Shown here piece by piece: positions 42,255 to 56,607 of a DNA stretch of 64,000 nt. How positions within the stretch are numbered: position 1 is the first letter of the stretch; each line of letters starts with the position of its first letter. The position numbers and the translations under genes are program-made. This stretch comes from Paramecium tetraurelia (taxonomy: Eukaryota): positions 248,001-312,000 of the forward strand of contig CT868655.1 in the NCBI GenBank assembly GCA_000165425.1, read 5' to 3'. The notes below the pieces were generated by a model. The model made no database searches. It was not told the origin of the DNA and saw nothing but the letters and a program-made list of their open reading frames with translations.

Positions 42255-42671
42255 ATGATTAATTAATACATTGAAATCATTAAACAACTCAGACTTATTA
42301 AGATCGAACAACTATTACTACAAAAGTTAATTTACAAATTGGCAAACCAACTGCGACATTTCCCAGAGTTTAGAATGCTCAAAAAGTTCAATAAACAAAC
42401 GACCAAAATTGTTCAATCGTGTACTCAATAAATTAAAGATAACTCATTGTAAGGACCATAGATAGTAGAATCAATCGAGAAGACCCAATCCTTCTTATTA
42501 ACTCTATCTTATGTCATCACAGGAAATATTAAACGAAAATTACTCATTTAGTTTTAACTCTTAACTTTTGGGGCAATAAGCAGAATATAGACATGCTTTG
42601 ATTAAGTTAAAAATATAATTAATTAAATGGAATAAGGCAAAACAAGCGCAAATCCACAAGTCATTTCTTGA
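42255..42671 (+). CDS. Small helical protein, possibly Rmp1/NEPRO (RNase MRP subunit)-like
   Basis: Intronless 138-aa frame; IEQLLLQKLIYKLANQLRHFPEFRMLKK...LLIQFQLLTFGAISRI. Confidence 0.55.
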
Positions 42672-42681
42672 GATTATATAT

Positions 42682-45040
42682 TCATTTATTTTATATTGTT
42701 AGAACATTAACTTAGTTTTTCTTTAATATAAATTTTGGCTACTGAGTTTTCTTGTGATTTGATTCATTTAGAATTTTTGTTAAAAATTGAGACTAAAGTG
42801 AAGGTTTTATTTGACGTTATGTTTGAACTTAAGGCATTAACATGTAAGTTCCCTTATCATGACATGCACTTTCATTGTTCGATGATTATTCCTCTTACCT
42901 CTATACTCTATCTGATTGAACAGCTTCTAAGGTAATTGACCTTTTACGCAAATCGTTGTTGCAATACTTTTGTATCTCTACTTTCTTTTTTATTTTTGAC
43001 AGTGATGCTCCCTTTGGTTAATATGGAAGTGAAAATTATTTTACTATCATTTCTATTCTCCTAGGATCTGATAACGAAAATTAACGATAATCACTTCTGA
43101 AACCCATTGTCTTAAAACTTGTCATGCAACGATGATTTTATCTTGTTATTGACATTAATATAAATATATATATATATATCACTTTTCAATACATTAAAGG
43201 AAATATCTTAATTGTTCTTGTAGCTAATCCAAAGTAGTGACTTCTTCTGCTTCATCCTGTTGATTACGCTCATCATTTTAGATAAGCACTAATGCAAGCC
43301 ATTACATCACTTAGATGAATTCATAATAAAATAAGCCTTCAAATCCATTGAATTTCTCATCATGAAACAATTCTTTATATGCCGTTTTGATGATTCCATC
43401 TAGATTGTCTCCCTTATACCCAGAATCTTGGATTAATTATTTAATTTCCTCTTATCTGATGTGGAATTTGATGTCTGAATTGTCATCATTGCCTTGGCTA
43501 AATCTTTTAATGAATATATTCTGCATTTAATCTTAAATTTCCTAAATGTTAAAACTTTCAACTTACCCGAATAAAATTGACCAAAATTTCATTGTACTTC
43601 ATATGCTACTAGAAATTATTAAACTCTTTCTCATCAGAATTGATTTCTATTATTTTATCCACAATCTTCATGACCAGTTAATCTTAGGCTAATATAAAAT
43701 AATTCGAAATCGTGTACATTCAACTTCACTTAGATTGTTAGTTTTTTTAAATTGTGCCAATTCCACGATGATCACAAAGAACTCTTAGAACTTAACAGAT
43801 AACTCCAAACTTTTTCTGACATCTTTCGATTTAGTACCCTATTTATCATATGTTTCAACGAATGAAAATAGTTCCTAACTATCCTGTACTAATCCATACT
43901 ACATTTAAATTGAGATTGAATACAAATTTAAGAAAGTGCATCACATCTTAGAATGAAATGCTAATTTCATCTTTTTTTGCATGATCTGTATTATAAAGGA
44001 TAGCATATTGACGAAATACTTCGTAAAGCAGAGGCAATTTGTCATCCATATATGCAGCAATCTTATTGTAAAAGTTTTCTTCCTTTTGATAAACTAAATA
44101 TTATATACTAGATCTTTAAGTTCAAGATTGCCCTCAGCATTTTTTTAAATGATTGTCCATAGCTTCTCAAATTTATATGGACACTCTTCTGCTGCAGATT
44201 ATTTATTTTTTTAACTATCCTCTCTCTTTTGAATTTGCAATTGTTGGAGTTCCTTCTCCTTTTGTAAGGCATATTCCATTATTTTTTTTTGGATTTCCTA
44301 TTAGGAAAATAGGAACAGGGTTGAGTCTGGCAGTGTGATCGAAGTTTTTCATATCCAAAGCAAAGATTGATTATTGTGGTTCTTAACCTTCTTTTTCGGT
44401 GATGGTCTATCCGTAGAATTAGAATGTGAATTAGCCAAGTGGAAGTGTGATTTCTGCAAAATACTTTTTGAAACTATCTCCAGCTCTAGAGATAGAATAA
44501 TGAAATAATGAACTTGATTTCTTTCATGATGATTTTATCTTTGCTGGGATAATTTTTAGTATCGAATTCATGCATGACTTCAGGGAACATCTTATACTCG
44601 TATTGGATGAGATATGTTGGTTCTTGGCGATTGACGACTTTTTAATTTAATGGAGCCAATTAAAAGGTGGCAGTGAATTGATTTCTCATCTTTCCAAAGG
44701 CTTCATCATACCATTCTAATATAGTGGTATTGATAATACTTTCTTATTGATCAGTCATAATCCATCCTTATCCTTTTCTTATTTCGACTTGTACTAAGGT
44801 TTCTTTGCCTTCTTCATCTTCTTTGAGATAGTCGAAGATTTTGGCACGTGGGGGTGGAGTTAGAAACATGTCAGTTCCAGGGACTCTGAATTGCAAATAG
44901 CAGGGAAGATAATTGGAGTCAGGATTCTTTTTGTTGGAATAGAGTTTGGCAGCAGCAAGGGCAAACCATGCGAAATCGTTCAATCCTTGTCCTACATTGA
45001 TGTAGAAGACGAATTCTTCGACTTATACTTTAAATTTCAT
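42682..45040 (-). CDS. Hypothetical protein (needs a 19-nt intron or 1-nt correction at 44298-44316)
   Basis: MKFKVQVEEFVFYINVGQGLNDFAWFALAAAKLY...; multiple tiny introns; helical C-terminal half. Confidence 0.7.
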
Positions 45041-45057
45041 TATTATTAATTATTTTA

Positions 45058-45876
45058 ATGGGAATTTGTACTAATAAGTAATATGCTTAAGCTAGTGAAC
45101 CTCCGCAAAACCATAGACAGAATCGATTATATTTAAACTATCAACAATTGGCAAATATCAATCATCCTCTGAATGTGAATCACAAATACAACAACTACTT
45201 CCAAATCATACCAGATACTACAGCAGGGAAGGGAATCAAGATGACCAATCAATATACAAGTCGTCTAAGCAGAGAGGAGTGGCTGGAGAAGAGGAAAGAA
45301 TTCTGGGGTAGGATTTTATATGTTATTTAAAGAATCGAGGGTTGAGGGAGAGAAAGTCTATTGGCAATCAATCCAAAAAGCAATTGAAGAACATGACGAA
45401 GGTATTTCTCATCTATATTTAGTCAATGCACAGGCTATTCTCAATGCATGTGATCTCAAACTGGTTAATAATTCCATTTAGCTACTTTATGACAACTCAA
45501 TGCATAAATATGATGTCCCTGTCTTTATGATCAATGAACCTCAATCATTCCCGTCCACGAAGCTTTGCGATGCTGGTTTGATTCAAGATTTTCAAGAAAC
45601 AGAATTAAAAGTATATATTTGATAATCTATTTCAAGATCAAGGTGAGATCCAACAAACTCCCCTAAGATTTCGAGGTTCTTACTCACACCAATCAAAAGC
45701 ATAGCTTGAACTGAAGACTAAGGTTTAAGAGTCTGCTTCTGGTTCTGAACAGTGTAGACTGTTTATCAAGGGAAGAGAAATGAGGAATCATCATCTCATT
45801 GGAAATTATTAACTCAAAGATGGAGAAGTATATACCTTACTATTCATTTAACTAGATGGTCCAGGCCTTTATGTGA
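45058..45876 (+). CDS. UBTD1/2-like ubiquitin-binding plus ubiquitin-like domain protein
   Basis: MGIC start; WLEKRKEFWESRVEGEKVYWQSI...AQAILNAC...LYDNSMHKYDVPVFMINEP; C-terminal UBL ELKTKV...RLFIKGREM...MVQAFM*; frame break near 45695-45706. Confidence 0.8.
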
Positions 45877-45909
45877 AATTACTTATTAACAAAAAATATT
45901 ATATTTATA

Positions 45910-47168
45910 ATGGCATTAATTCATAATCAAAATGACATACAAAACATGTTTAGTAAGGCTGGCAAAATCACTTCCGAAAAATACATTGTCTTTCAAAGGA
46001 AGGATGAAATTATCAACAACAGACCAAGATATTTCAAAACCAAATCCTAATCAGTTGCATCTCCAGAAGAAGTCAATCTATAACCAGAAAAGAAAGTCCC
46101 AGATCTGGCCAACAAGAAGCAGGTTCAAATCACAGAAGCAGAACTCATTCAACATAAAAATCAACTCAAACTCTCGCAACCCTTCTCCAAGTAACTCTCT
46201 CGATAAGTCGGACATTATACCAAACTCAGCAACGATAGCAAACCCTCCTGTGGTCAATATCATGTCAAATACAGCGAATTAGACAAGTATCTCCCTTCTT
46301 TATTATCGGCAGAGCTGTTCATTCCATTCACGATTATGACAAATCCCTCAAACTAACCTCGCCCAGACTCGTACCAGGAAAACTTGGACAACCAGAAAGC
46401 ATCGAGTAAACAACTATTGCATTTATTCAAGCAAACCTATTGTTGATCGACCAAGATATTCTCGTACTTGCTTTACAGATCTAACCAGACAAACCCAAAG
46501 GTATTCAAGTATATCTTACTGAAAAGACCTGATATCTTCTTTGGAAGACCTACTCCCCACCCAGATAGATTCACACTCTTAAGTGTTACTGATTCTTGGA
46601 GTAAAATCCCAAGAACACCAAATGTTCAATTAGATAAGCAGTTATCAAGAGAACAAATGATCATCTATAAAAAGAAACAATTTGCCCCAGATTACCATCC
46701 CAACTTCGAATTCGGCAGAAAGTAACTTACTCCCTCTAAATTCAATTAGACAATTAGGCAGTTGTGGTGCTGCTTTTGATAAACTCGAAAAAAGAAAAGA
46801 TATAATGACCAAAATCCCTCCCTACAATAATGAGGCTTATTTCGAATTTGATGTCTACTCTAAAGAGCCATAAAGTCAACTATTTAGAAACCCTACAGCA
46901 CCCAATTTTGAAAAAATGCTCGAAAGAGAATGCGATGGAAAATCATTATTGCCAAGTTTTATGCAGGTAACCATTCTCTGAAAATTAGAAATACACCAAT
47001 ACTCGTATGGGAATTGCTCATTTGAATCAAAAAATGTTAGAAGTCAATAATTTTAGAGACGGAAGATTCTAAACTGTCACCTCAAGCTTTATGCCATCTA
47101 AATTAAAAAGAAAATAGAAGCTTGATGAATCTAGTGAAGAAATCGAATAGCTGGAGGACTAATAATGA
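45910..47168 (+). CDS. Hypothetical low-complexity protein with short Pro/Tyr/Phe repeats
   Basis: MALIHNQNDIQNMFSK...; recurring FSKQLSR / LDKQLSR / FEKMLER and PSCGQY, APDYHP; tiny introns. Confidence 0.7.
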
Positions 47169-47831
47169 ATTTATTTAAATTTATTAATCATCATATTTCA
47201 CAGGATTTTAGGATAAAATTAAGAAAATTTATAAATTCTTATATCGGTATTTTCAAAATTATAATCAAATATCTATTCTCAGCAATCAAGATTATATAAT
47301 ATCTAGAATAATATTAATAATCTGAAATATAAATAATATATCTTTAAAATAGAATTGTACATGATCATACCTTTTACAAAATCAGGAGACTAGAATTTGG
47401 TGTAACTTTAACTATTATTCTCAAGTTTACTAAATCTTCATTATGTGAATCAAATTTTTTAAATATTCCTATAATTTTAAATTGGCTGCACAATTACTTA
47501 CATAGTCATTGTTTTTATTAATTGAAGATCTGCAATTTAGATATAAATGTCATAAATAACTTTCCCACTAATTTTAATTTCTAAATTTTTTAATTATATA
47601 ATGTTGGCATTATTTTTTATTTGGAGAATAACAAATAATGATTTAGAATAATTTAATATTTGATTAAATAATATATTTGATATATTTATTAATATGAATC
47701 TATTTCGTTTTCTGTCAATCAGAATCCTTAATTAATGACCTGACTTAACTACTTTTCTCAATTACGTAGGATTAATATCCTAAATTCACTTATATATTTT
47801 TAATAAATTATTCAACTCTTTTTTGAGATAA

Positions 47832-49031
47832 ATGTTAGAATATACTGGACAGACTAAAGCAAACTCAGAAGGAGTTCACACAGTAGTAGACTCAGACTTA
47901 GAAAGTTGGTAAAAGTTATACACATAAACTCAAGTCTGAGAAGACCTAAGTCTGCTTCAGAGCAGGATTATAGAAAACTTTTCGAAATAACAAAACACTG
48001 TTTTAATCAAAAAACACCTTAGGCAACTTGTGATGAGATTCCTGAATTTGATTCATAGGATGATTCCTTTTTATTAAGGCCCTCTCTGTGTACAAATAAA
48101 TCAAGCAGATAAAGCTATGAAATTGTAAAGGAAGAAAAACAATCAGAAAAAGAACTGATAACTCCTTTGAATGAGAAAGATAAGCATCTAATAGTGAAGA
48201 GCGATCAGGGGCTATGTAAATTGTAAGGGATTAAAATGAAAAGTGGAGGATTTTACAAAGGATATTGGTACAGAAGAAAGCCTCACCATATGGGGGAATA
48301 CCTATTTGCTGATTAAAGCAGATATCTAGGAGATGTAAAAGGCTTATAATATGTGTAGTGGAATAATGGTTACGCAAGTGGAAGGGGAGAATACTTTGAT
48401 GCTGATGGAGGCCACTATCAAGGAGAATTTTATTAAAACTGTATGTAAGGGACTGGAGTTTACAAATACGCCGATGGAACAATCTACAATGGTATGGTTT
48501 ATCCTTATCATTAAGGTTAATGGATGAATGATAAATATCACGGAGTAGGAATCGAAACAAAAAATGACAGCCAGTATAAGGGTAAGAATAAGTTACAAAT
48601 TAGGCAAATTTCAGAATGGCTTAAAACATGGTTAGGGGACTATGGTATTTTTCAACTAAGAAAAGTATCAAGGATCATTTGTAAATGGACTGTTTGAAGG
48701 GAAAGGAGTTTTAGTAATAATTTAATTTACCTTTAGATTTGGCCAGATGGAAGAAGATATGAAGGAGATTGGTAAAAAGGGGTGATGCATGGTTAGGGGA
48801 TGTTGCAATGGCCAGATGGTAATGAACTGTCTCTAAATAGGTCGTCTCTATATAGGATAGTATGAAAATGATAAAAGATAAGGATTCGGAACATTCCAAT
48901 ATCCTGATGGTCGTAAATATGCAGGTTATTGGATGAATGGTTTATAACATGGATCAGGAGAGTTTACTGAATATCATGGTTAAATTATGAAGGGAGTTTG
49001 GAGAGAAGGCAAACTATTTTCGCATTATTGA
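47832..49031 (+). CDS. MORN-repeat protein
   Basis: Repeated YxGxWxxGxxHGxG units (e.g. YEGDWQKGVMHGQG, YAGYWMNGLQHGSG); several introns. Confidence 0.92.
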
Positions 49032-49059
49032 TTATATATATGATACTAATTTATATATC

Positions 49060-50461
49060 TCATAATTTTGGTTAGGAATACTTAGCAAAGTTATCTGGAG
49101 TTGGTGCTGGGAATAAACTAGGTGTGAATAGAGTACTAAATTATATTACTAATTATTTACGCTTTCTTCATGTTTCCCTTGATCTTCATCTATCCTTTTA
49201 AGAATGCTTCGTTAGCTTATAATTTTCCTAAGCAAACCTTTTCAAAATCATCATCAATCATTGTGAAAGTGGCATCTGCTTACTCTTTTCCTTCCTTTAT
49301 TGCTCCTTGACCATTCTTCAAATCAATGACCCAGGATTTTATAACAGGACCACCTTTTTAAGTGATTATTTCAAAATTGAAAACTCCTTAAATTTTGGGA
49401 ATTAAATCTTTTCCTTCACCTCTATCTAAAAATGCTTTCATTAAACCAAATATTCTTTTCTGCTTTTAGATTAACACTTGGAGCTTATGTAGTTTATTAA
49501 GTTTAAGCTGATGTTGTTTTACCTTCTTTTTATTATTTGATGAAATCTTCCTTATTGAAAAAGATTTCAAAGATCTCTGATGATGTTTAAGGATAACAAA
49601 CATTATCTCCGAAACCAGCTACTTACTCCCATTTATCTCTAACATCTTCAGGTGTGAATGGTGTATCAAAGAAATATCCTTGATTTCTCTACCATCTCAA
49701 TTTAGAAATGTATCCAGCTCCCAATTCATAAATTGCACCTGTTTCTTTTGAATCATCATGACTCAATACACCTACAAGTGGTACAACAAATTCTGGCTTT
49801 AAATTTGCAAGTAATTCTTTGCTCATAACAGTCTCAGTCAATCTACTTGCAGCTACAGGACAGATTGAATTAACTAAAATATTTCTCTTCAATCCTTCTC
49901 TTGCCAAAGCCAATGTCAATCCGTGAATACCCATCTTGGCAGCACAATAATTTGTTTAACCAAAGACACCATAAACACCAGAGGCTGAAGATGTGTTAAT
50001 AATTCTTCCATATTTTTATTCTCTCATGTATGGCCAAGCAGCTTTAGTACAAGAGTATGTACCTTTCAAATGAACCTAAATGGCATATTATCATATATTA
50101 CTCTATAGATAAGATCCCAATCTTCATCCTTCATTTTTTCAAATGAAACATCTCTTAAAATACCAGCGTTGTTTATCAAAATATCAATCTTTCCAAATGC
50201 CTTAATTGCAGTGTCAATCACTTTCTCTCCAAATTCAACACTATCATAGTTAGCAACAGCAACTCCACCAGCAGCTTTAATTTCATCAACAACTTTATCA
50301 GCAGCAGAAGATGAAGCTCCTGTGCCTTTCATTGAACCTCCTAAATCATTGACAACGACCTTTGCCCCTCTTTTTCCAAAAAAGAGTGCGTACTCTTTTC
50401 CTAAGCCATTACCAGCTCCAGTGATAACTACCACTTTGCCATCAAATCTCAATTAACTCAT
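49060..50461 (-). CDS. Peroxisomal 3-hydroxyacyl-CoA dehydrogenase SDR fused to SCP2 (HSD17B4-related, no hydratase domain)
   Basis: [33 protein letters not shown]-terminal SCP2 ([30 protein letters not shown]); ends PKL*. Confidence 0.93.
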
Positions 50462-51017
50462 ATTTTTATTAAACTAATACTAATCCTGTCAATATAATAT
50501 ATATAATTAACACTTTTAAGAAATCGTGCGTCATATTTCTAATTGTGATTCAATTATTATTTAAAATATGCTACCCTCTAAGCACAAATTATAACAATAA
50601 TTTTTACTTCTATGAATTTTTAACATTATAAATTTAAAAATCGGCCAATCAATTTATTTACTAAAATTTCATTGCAAAATTATTGTTTAAGGAATCATTA
50701 TTTCAATATTGACTCAAACTCTGAATGTTAAATTTCATCATTTTACCTCAGTCTAAATATTAGATATTATTTAATATCCATTTGTATGTTATAGACCTTA
50801 GAATCATATGATTTGATAATCTCTAAGTGTTATCAATATTATTAAGGTCAATTTAGATTTTTTTTCAAGGATAATTGTAAGTTTTCCAAAAAGATGATGA
50901 GGATAGTGAATAAAAAATAATTATATTATAGGAAAAGGATTAGTAATAAACCTGATTGTTAATTTAAAATATTGTAATTGTTAGATTAGGATTAATTTTA
51001 ATAATTGTATTTAAAAA

Positions 51018-51767
51018 ATGTCTTACGACACTGCACTCACAGTTTTTTCTCCAGATGGATAGCTATTTCAAGTCGAATATGCAATGGAAGCAGTAAAAAG
51101 AGGATTATGTTGTGTTGGAGTAAGAGGAAAGGATGTCATAGTCCTAGGCGTAGAAAAAAAGGCAACATCAAAACTCTAAAATGTGAAAACAATTAAGAAA
51201 GTGTATTAGTTAGGTAGGAATTTATTCAAATGATAGACAACAATTTATGCATGACATTTTCTGGGTTAAATGCTGATGCAAGAATACTGGCAAATCAAAC
51301 AAGATTGTAGTGCCAATAGTACAAAATTTATTATGAGGATGATCCTTCAGTTGATTACATTGCTAAATTTACAAGCTAATAATAATAGAAATTCACCTAA
51401 AGAGGTGGAGCAAGACCTTATGGTATTTCAACATTAATTGCCGGATTTGATAATCAAAATAAGCCAAAGTTATTTTAGACAGATCCATCTGGAGCTTGTT
51501 CAGAATGGAAGGCTACATCTCTTGGAAAGAGTGCCAAATAAGTGAAAGACTTTTTAGAGAAGCACTGGAGAGAAGGATTGCATGAGAAGGATGCTCTTCT
51601 ACTAACAACTAAAGTATGGGAATATGGTATATGTCAAGGCTTTGATGGATGTAGTTGAAAGTGGAAATAAAAACATTGAGTTGTGCGTGATTAGAAAGAA
51701 CACTTGCTGGTTTTTGAGTGAAACAGAAGTGGAGGAGTTGACAAAAATAACAGCTTAGATCTAATGA
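51018..51767 (+). CDS. PSMA7: 20S proteasome subunit alpha type-7 (alpha4)
   Basis: [58 protein letters not shown]; two introns. Confidence 0.93.
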
Positions 51768-51950
51768 TTATTATATACATTAAGTAATTATAAAATGTGG
51801 TTTTGGTTTATTCTGTGATAGAAAAAGTAAGAAAATAGAGATTAATTAAAAATAATGGATGATTTATAATTATATGGTATTAATTTTATTGTTATAATTA
51901 ATAATATATATCATAATTTATTTATTCTGAAATCTAAAATATAATAATTA

Positions 51951-53548
<1,598 letters not shown>

Positions 53549-53577
53549 ATTGAAATACAGATTTCAGTATAATAGAA

Positions 53578-55056
53578 TCATTTTTTAATTATGAATTAAT
53601 GCTAAAGTAGTTCCTAAGCAGTAGGTCTTAATAAATGATCCCTTTATAAACATAATCTAATAAATTAACTTAAAACTTCATCTAAATCCTCAGGTATCCT
53701 TGGAAGAGCATTCTCAGAAATTATTAAGAGTAAAGCACTCAATGGATTATCGAAATTGTGTTCATGCCAAGGTTTCTTCCCTGTTGCCATCTCAAGAACC
53801 GTGCAACCAAATGACCAAATGTCACTTGCTCTGCAATTTTCATCCTAACTAGCCACCTTTAAAATAAAGAAATCTTTTTACTTCAGGAGCCATATACGGA
53901 ATGCTCCCCTTTAAAGAATGCAATATGTCCCCTCCTTGCTTAGATCTCGATATGGTTTTCTCTTTGATTTTACTACACCCAAAGTCTCCTAGCTTCACCT
54001 CTCCATTCACTCCTAATAAAACGTTGGCACCTTTTATGTCTCTATGAATTATATTATTATCATGTAGATAGGCTATGGCTGATAACAATTATTCGGAATA
54101 TGTACGAACTGTGTTAATATTCAAAGGACCAAATTTTTCAGTCAATTAGGTTAAAGTTCCTATTTTATAACAATTATTAACCTTAGGACATATACTCCAA
54201 ATAGAGTAACCAGTACTCTTCATTCTATTGGCTCCAAGCATATCTAATAATATTTTTATGTTTAATTCTCTTCAATAAATCGATTTCGCTTTTCAATCCC
54301 TACAAGTCCTCCTATTCAAAATCTCCCTTTAGATTAATTTTCTTAACCGCATAGATTTTGCCTGTTTTATTTTCCTATGCTATGTACACTTATCCAAAGG
54401 ATCCTGCACCTATCATATCACCTTCAGTAAAGCTGGGATTTTAAGTAGAAAAATTGAATTATGAATATGTAGATGAATCATTAACAATTTTATTTGAACT
54501 ACTAGATTCTATTGCTTGTTTTTAAGAACTAGAGAAGGATTGATTCTTCATTGCAGTAAATCTATTTTCCATAAATGATTCGATTTGGGATACAGTCTCT
54601 TCCTTTATGATTGTATCATCCTGAAAGTCTATATTAAGATTGATCAATACCATTGATAGGAAACTCAATCATTCTAATTGCTGGACTTTAAAACTTATTT
54701 TCTATCATCTCTTGTGATTCTGTATTGGATTTGATAAATTTGACTTGATGATTTTAGAGTTTGCGAATTATCATCCCTTGAACTTTTGATTTTTTCACAG
54801 ACGAGTAGCTTTTCTGTTTTTGAGTATTGTCAGTAACTGGTCTATTATCCTCTTTCTTCTCAATGGACAACTTTTTCAAAGTCGAAGGTGATCGAAAGGT
54901 CTATGTAATTTTTGTTGTCATGGAGGGATCAATTTTTATTCTTGGAGAAAGAAGCGGAGGCAATCCAGTGTTATTATAGATCTTCGGTTTGCTTTTAGCT
55001 AGAACTCATATTTCTTAAATACTTTATATATCCCCTCTTTTAAGAATCGAATTCAT
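53578..55056 (-). CDS. STE11/MEKK-like MAP kinase kinase kinase
   Basis: [70 protein letters not shown]. Confidence 0.92.
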
Positions 55057-55962
55057 TTTCTAATTATATTATATTTTAATATTACCATTTGAATACTTCA
55101 ATAATTTAATACAGACCCTCCTATGAATGTATTTTAATAAAATGCCTCATTCTTCATTAATGATTATGGAGATACATCTTGCTTCATTAAAAGCACAATT
55201 ATTAAAATTACTATTTCTTTATACTTTGTTATGAAACCATAATATTTGAATCAATTAATAAAATATTATTGTTAATGAAAAAACATAAATTTTAGAAACT
55301 TGGATTATGAATGATTCAAAAGAATTTTTAACATAAATTTTAAGATTAAATCAGCATAATTTTAATGTTATCTTACGAATTCTTTGTTTGATGATTAGTT
55401 TATTTACTTAACAATATTCTCCACAGCAAATAAAATACTATAACTTAATATTAAATATGATATCAATTAGAAACTTTAACAATATTTGAATCCAATAAAT
55501 TCAAAATTTTGTTATTAAATTGATTAATTATTTTATACTATAGAAACTCAAATTTAGTTAATTAAATGAACAAACTTCATTAAAGAATCGTTATTTTAAT
55601 TTATCAAAAATAAGGATAATTTTAATATTAGACTGAGTATTTTAAAATTGAATAACTATTATTATGAAATAGGGATTAAAAAGATGCTTTGAAGATGTCT
55701 TGCATAAATAACTTGGTCCATGGACAGTGATGTGGCCAATAAAATGCCATTCATAAGCAAGAGATTAGGATATTGTACTAAAAAAATGGATTACTTAGAT
55801 ATGAATTTATATTAATAATTTGCCTAATCATAAATAAATTAAATTCTCCACTGGAAGTTTGTTATTCAACTCTATTAAATAAAATGCCTTATAAATATAA
55901 AAAGACGATAAAATAAGATTTTTGTTTATTAAAAATTTAATTAATTGACATTGTTAAAAAAA

Positions 55963-56607
55963 ATGGGAACATGTGCTTAATGCAATTCAAAGATTGAAAT
56001 TGTAGAGAGCGACCCTTTGATTTCTAAATAAAGTGTATTTTAGAAATTAAAAGAATTGAACCAAAACACAAAATCAACAATTTTTCTGACGATGAGAAGC
56101 AATAAGAAAATTGATAATGAAAATTAGGGTGATCAATCTTTCTTAGTTAGTGAAGTAAACGATGAACAATCAGACGTTAAGAATATACATGGGAGTGTAA
56201 AAATACGACAGAGAAAATATAGTTTTCAAGAATAACAAATATAGTAGGTTCATTTCCATATCAACGATCAAAATGATTCTGCAAAGGTTAGGTGTTTTAG
56301 ATTTACAGATCCTAATATCCCAAGAAATTTATCAAATTCCTCCAGTTCCAATAGTCAGTTTAAAGAATTCAATGCACATTTCAAAAAAAGTGACAAATAA
56401 ATTATTGAATCTGATGAAAGCAAATCAATAAAAAGTATACTTAAAAAAGAGCCAAGACAAAAGAGTGAAACCAAATCAGTCCGTTTTGCTAAAAATATCT
56501 CCACGAGCCAAACAAGGATAAAATCTAAATCATGTCATCACAAATAACATAAAAAGAAAAAGAAAATTTAAAATTAAATTCAAAGATATGAACATTATTA
56601 ATTTTGA
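55963..56607 (+). CDS. Putative acylated disordered protein with SILK and RVxF-type motifs
   Basis: Intronless 214 aa; MGTCAQC start; KSILKK and KSVRF near the C-terminus. Confidence 0.75.

Noticed and set aside
44083..44108. Apparent frameshift or TA-bounded mini-IES
   Set aside because: Explained by an ordinary 26-nt intron GTATATAATATTTAGTTTATCAAAAG
48250..49020. Periodic G-rich sequence resembling a repeat array or CRISPR
   Set aside because: Protein-level MORN repeats; no identical DNA repeats with spacers
50894..50955. C/D box snoRNA-like ATGATGA...CTGA
   Set aside because: No convincing terminal stem or recognisable rRNA-complementary guide; expected by chance in AT-rich DNA
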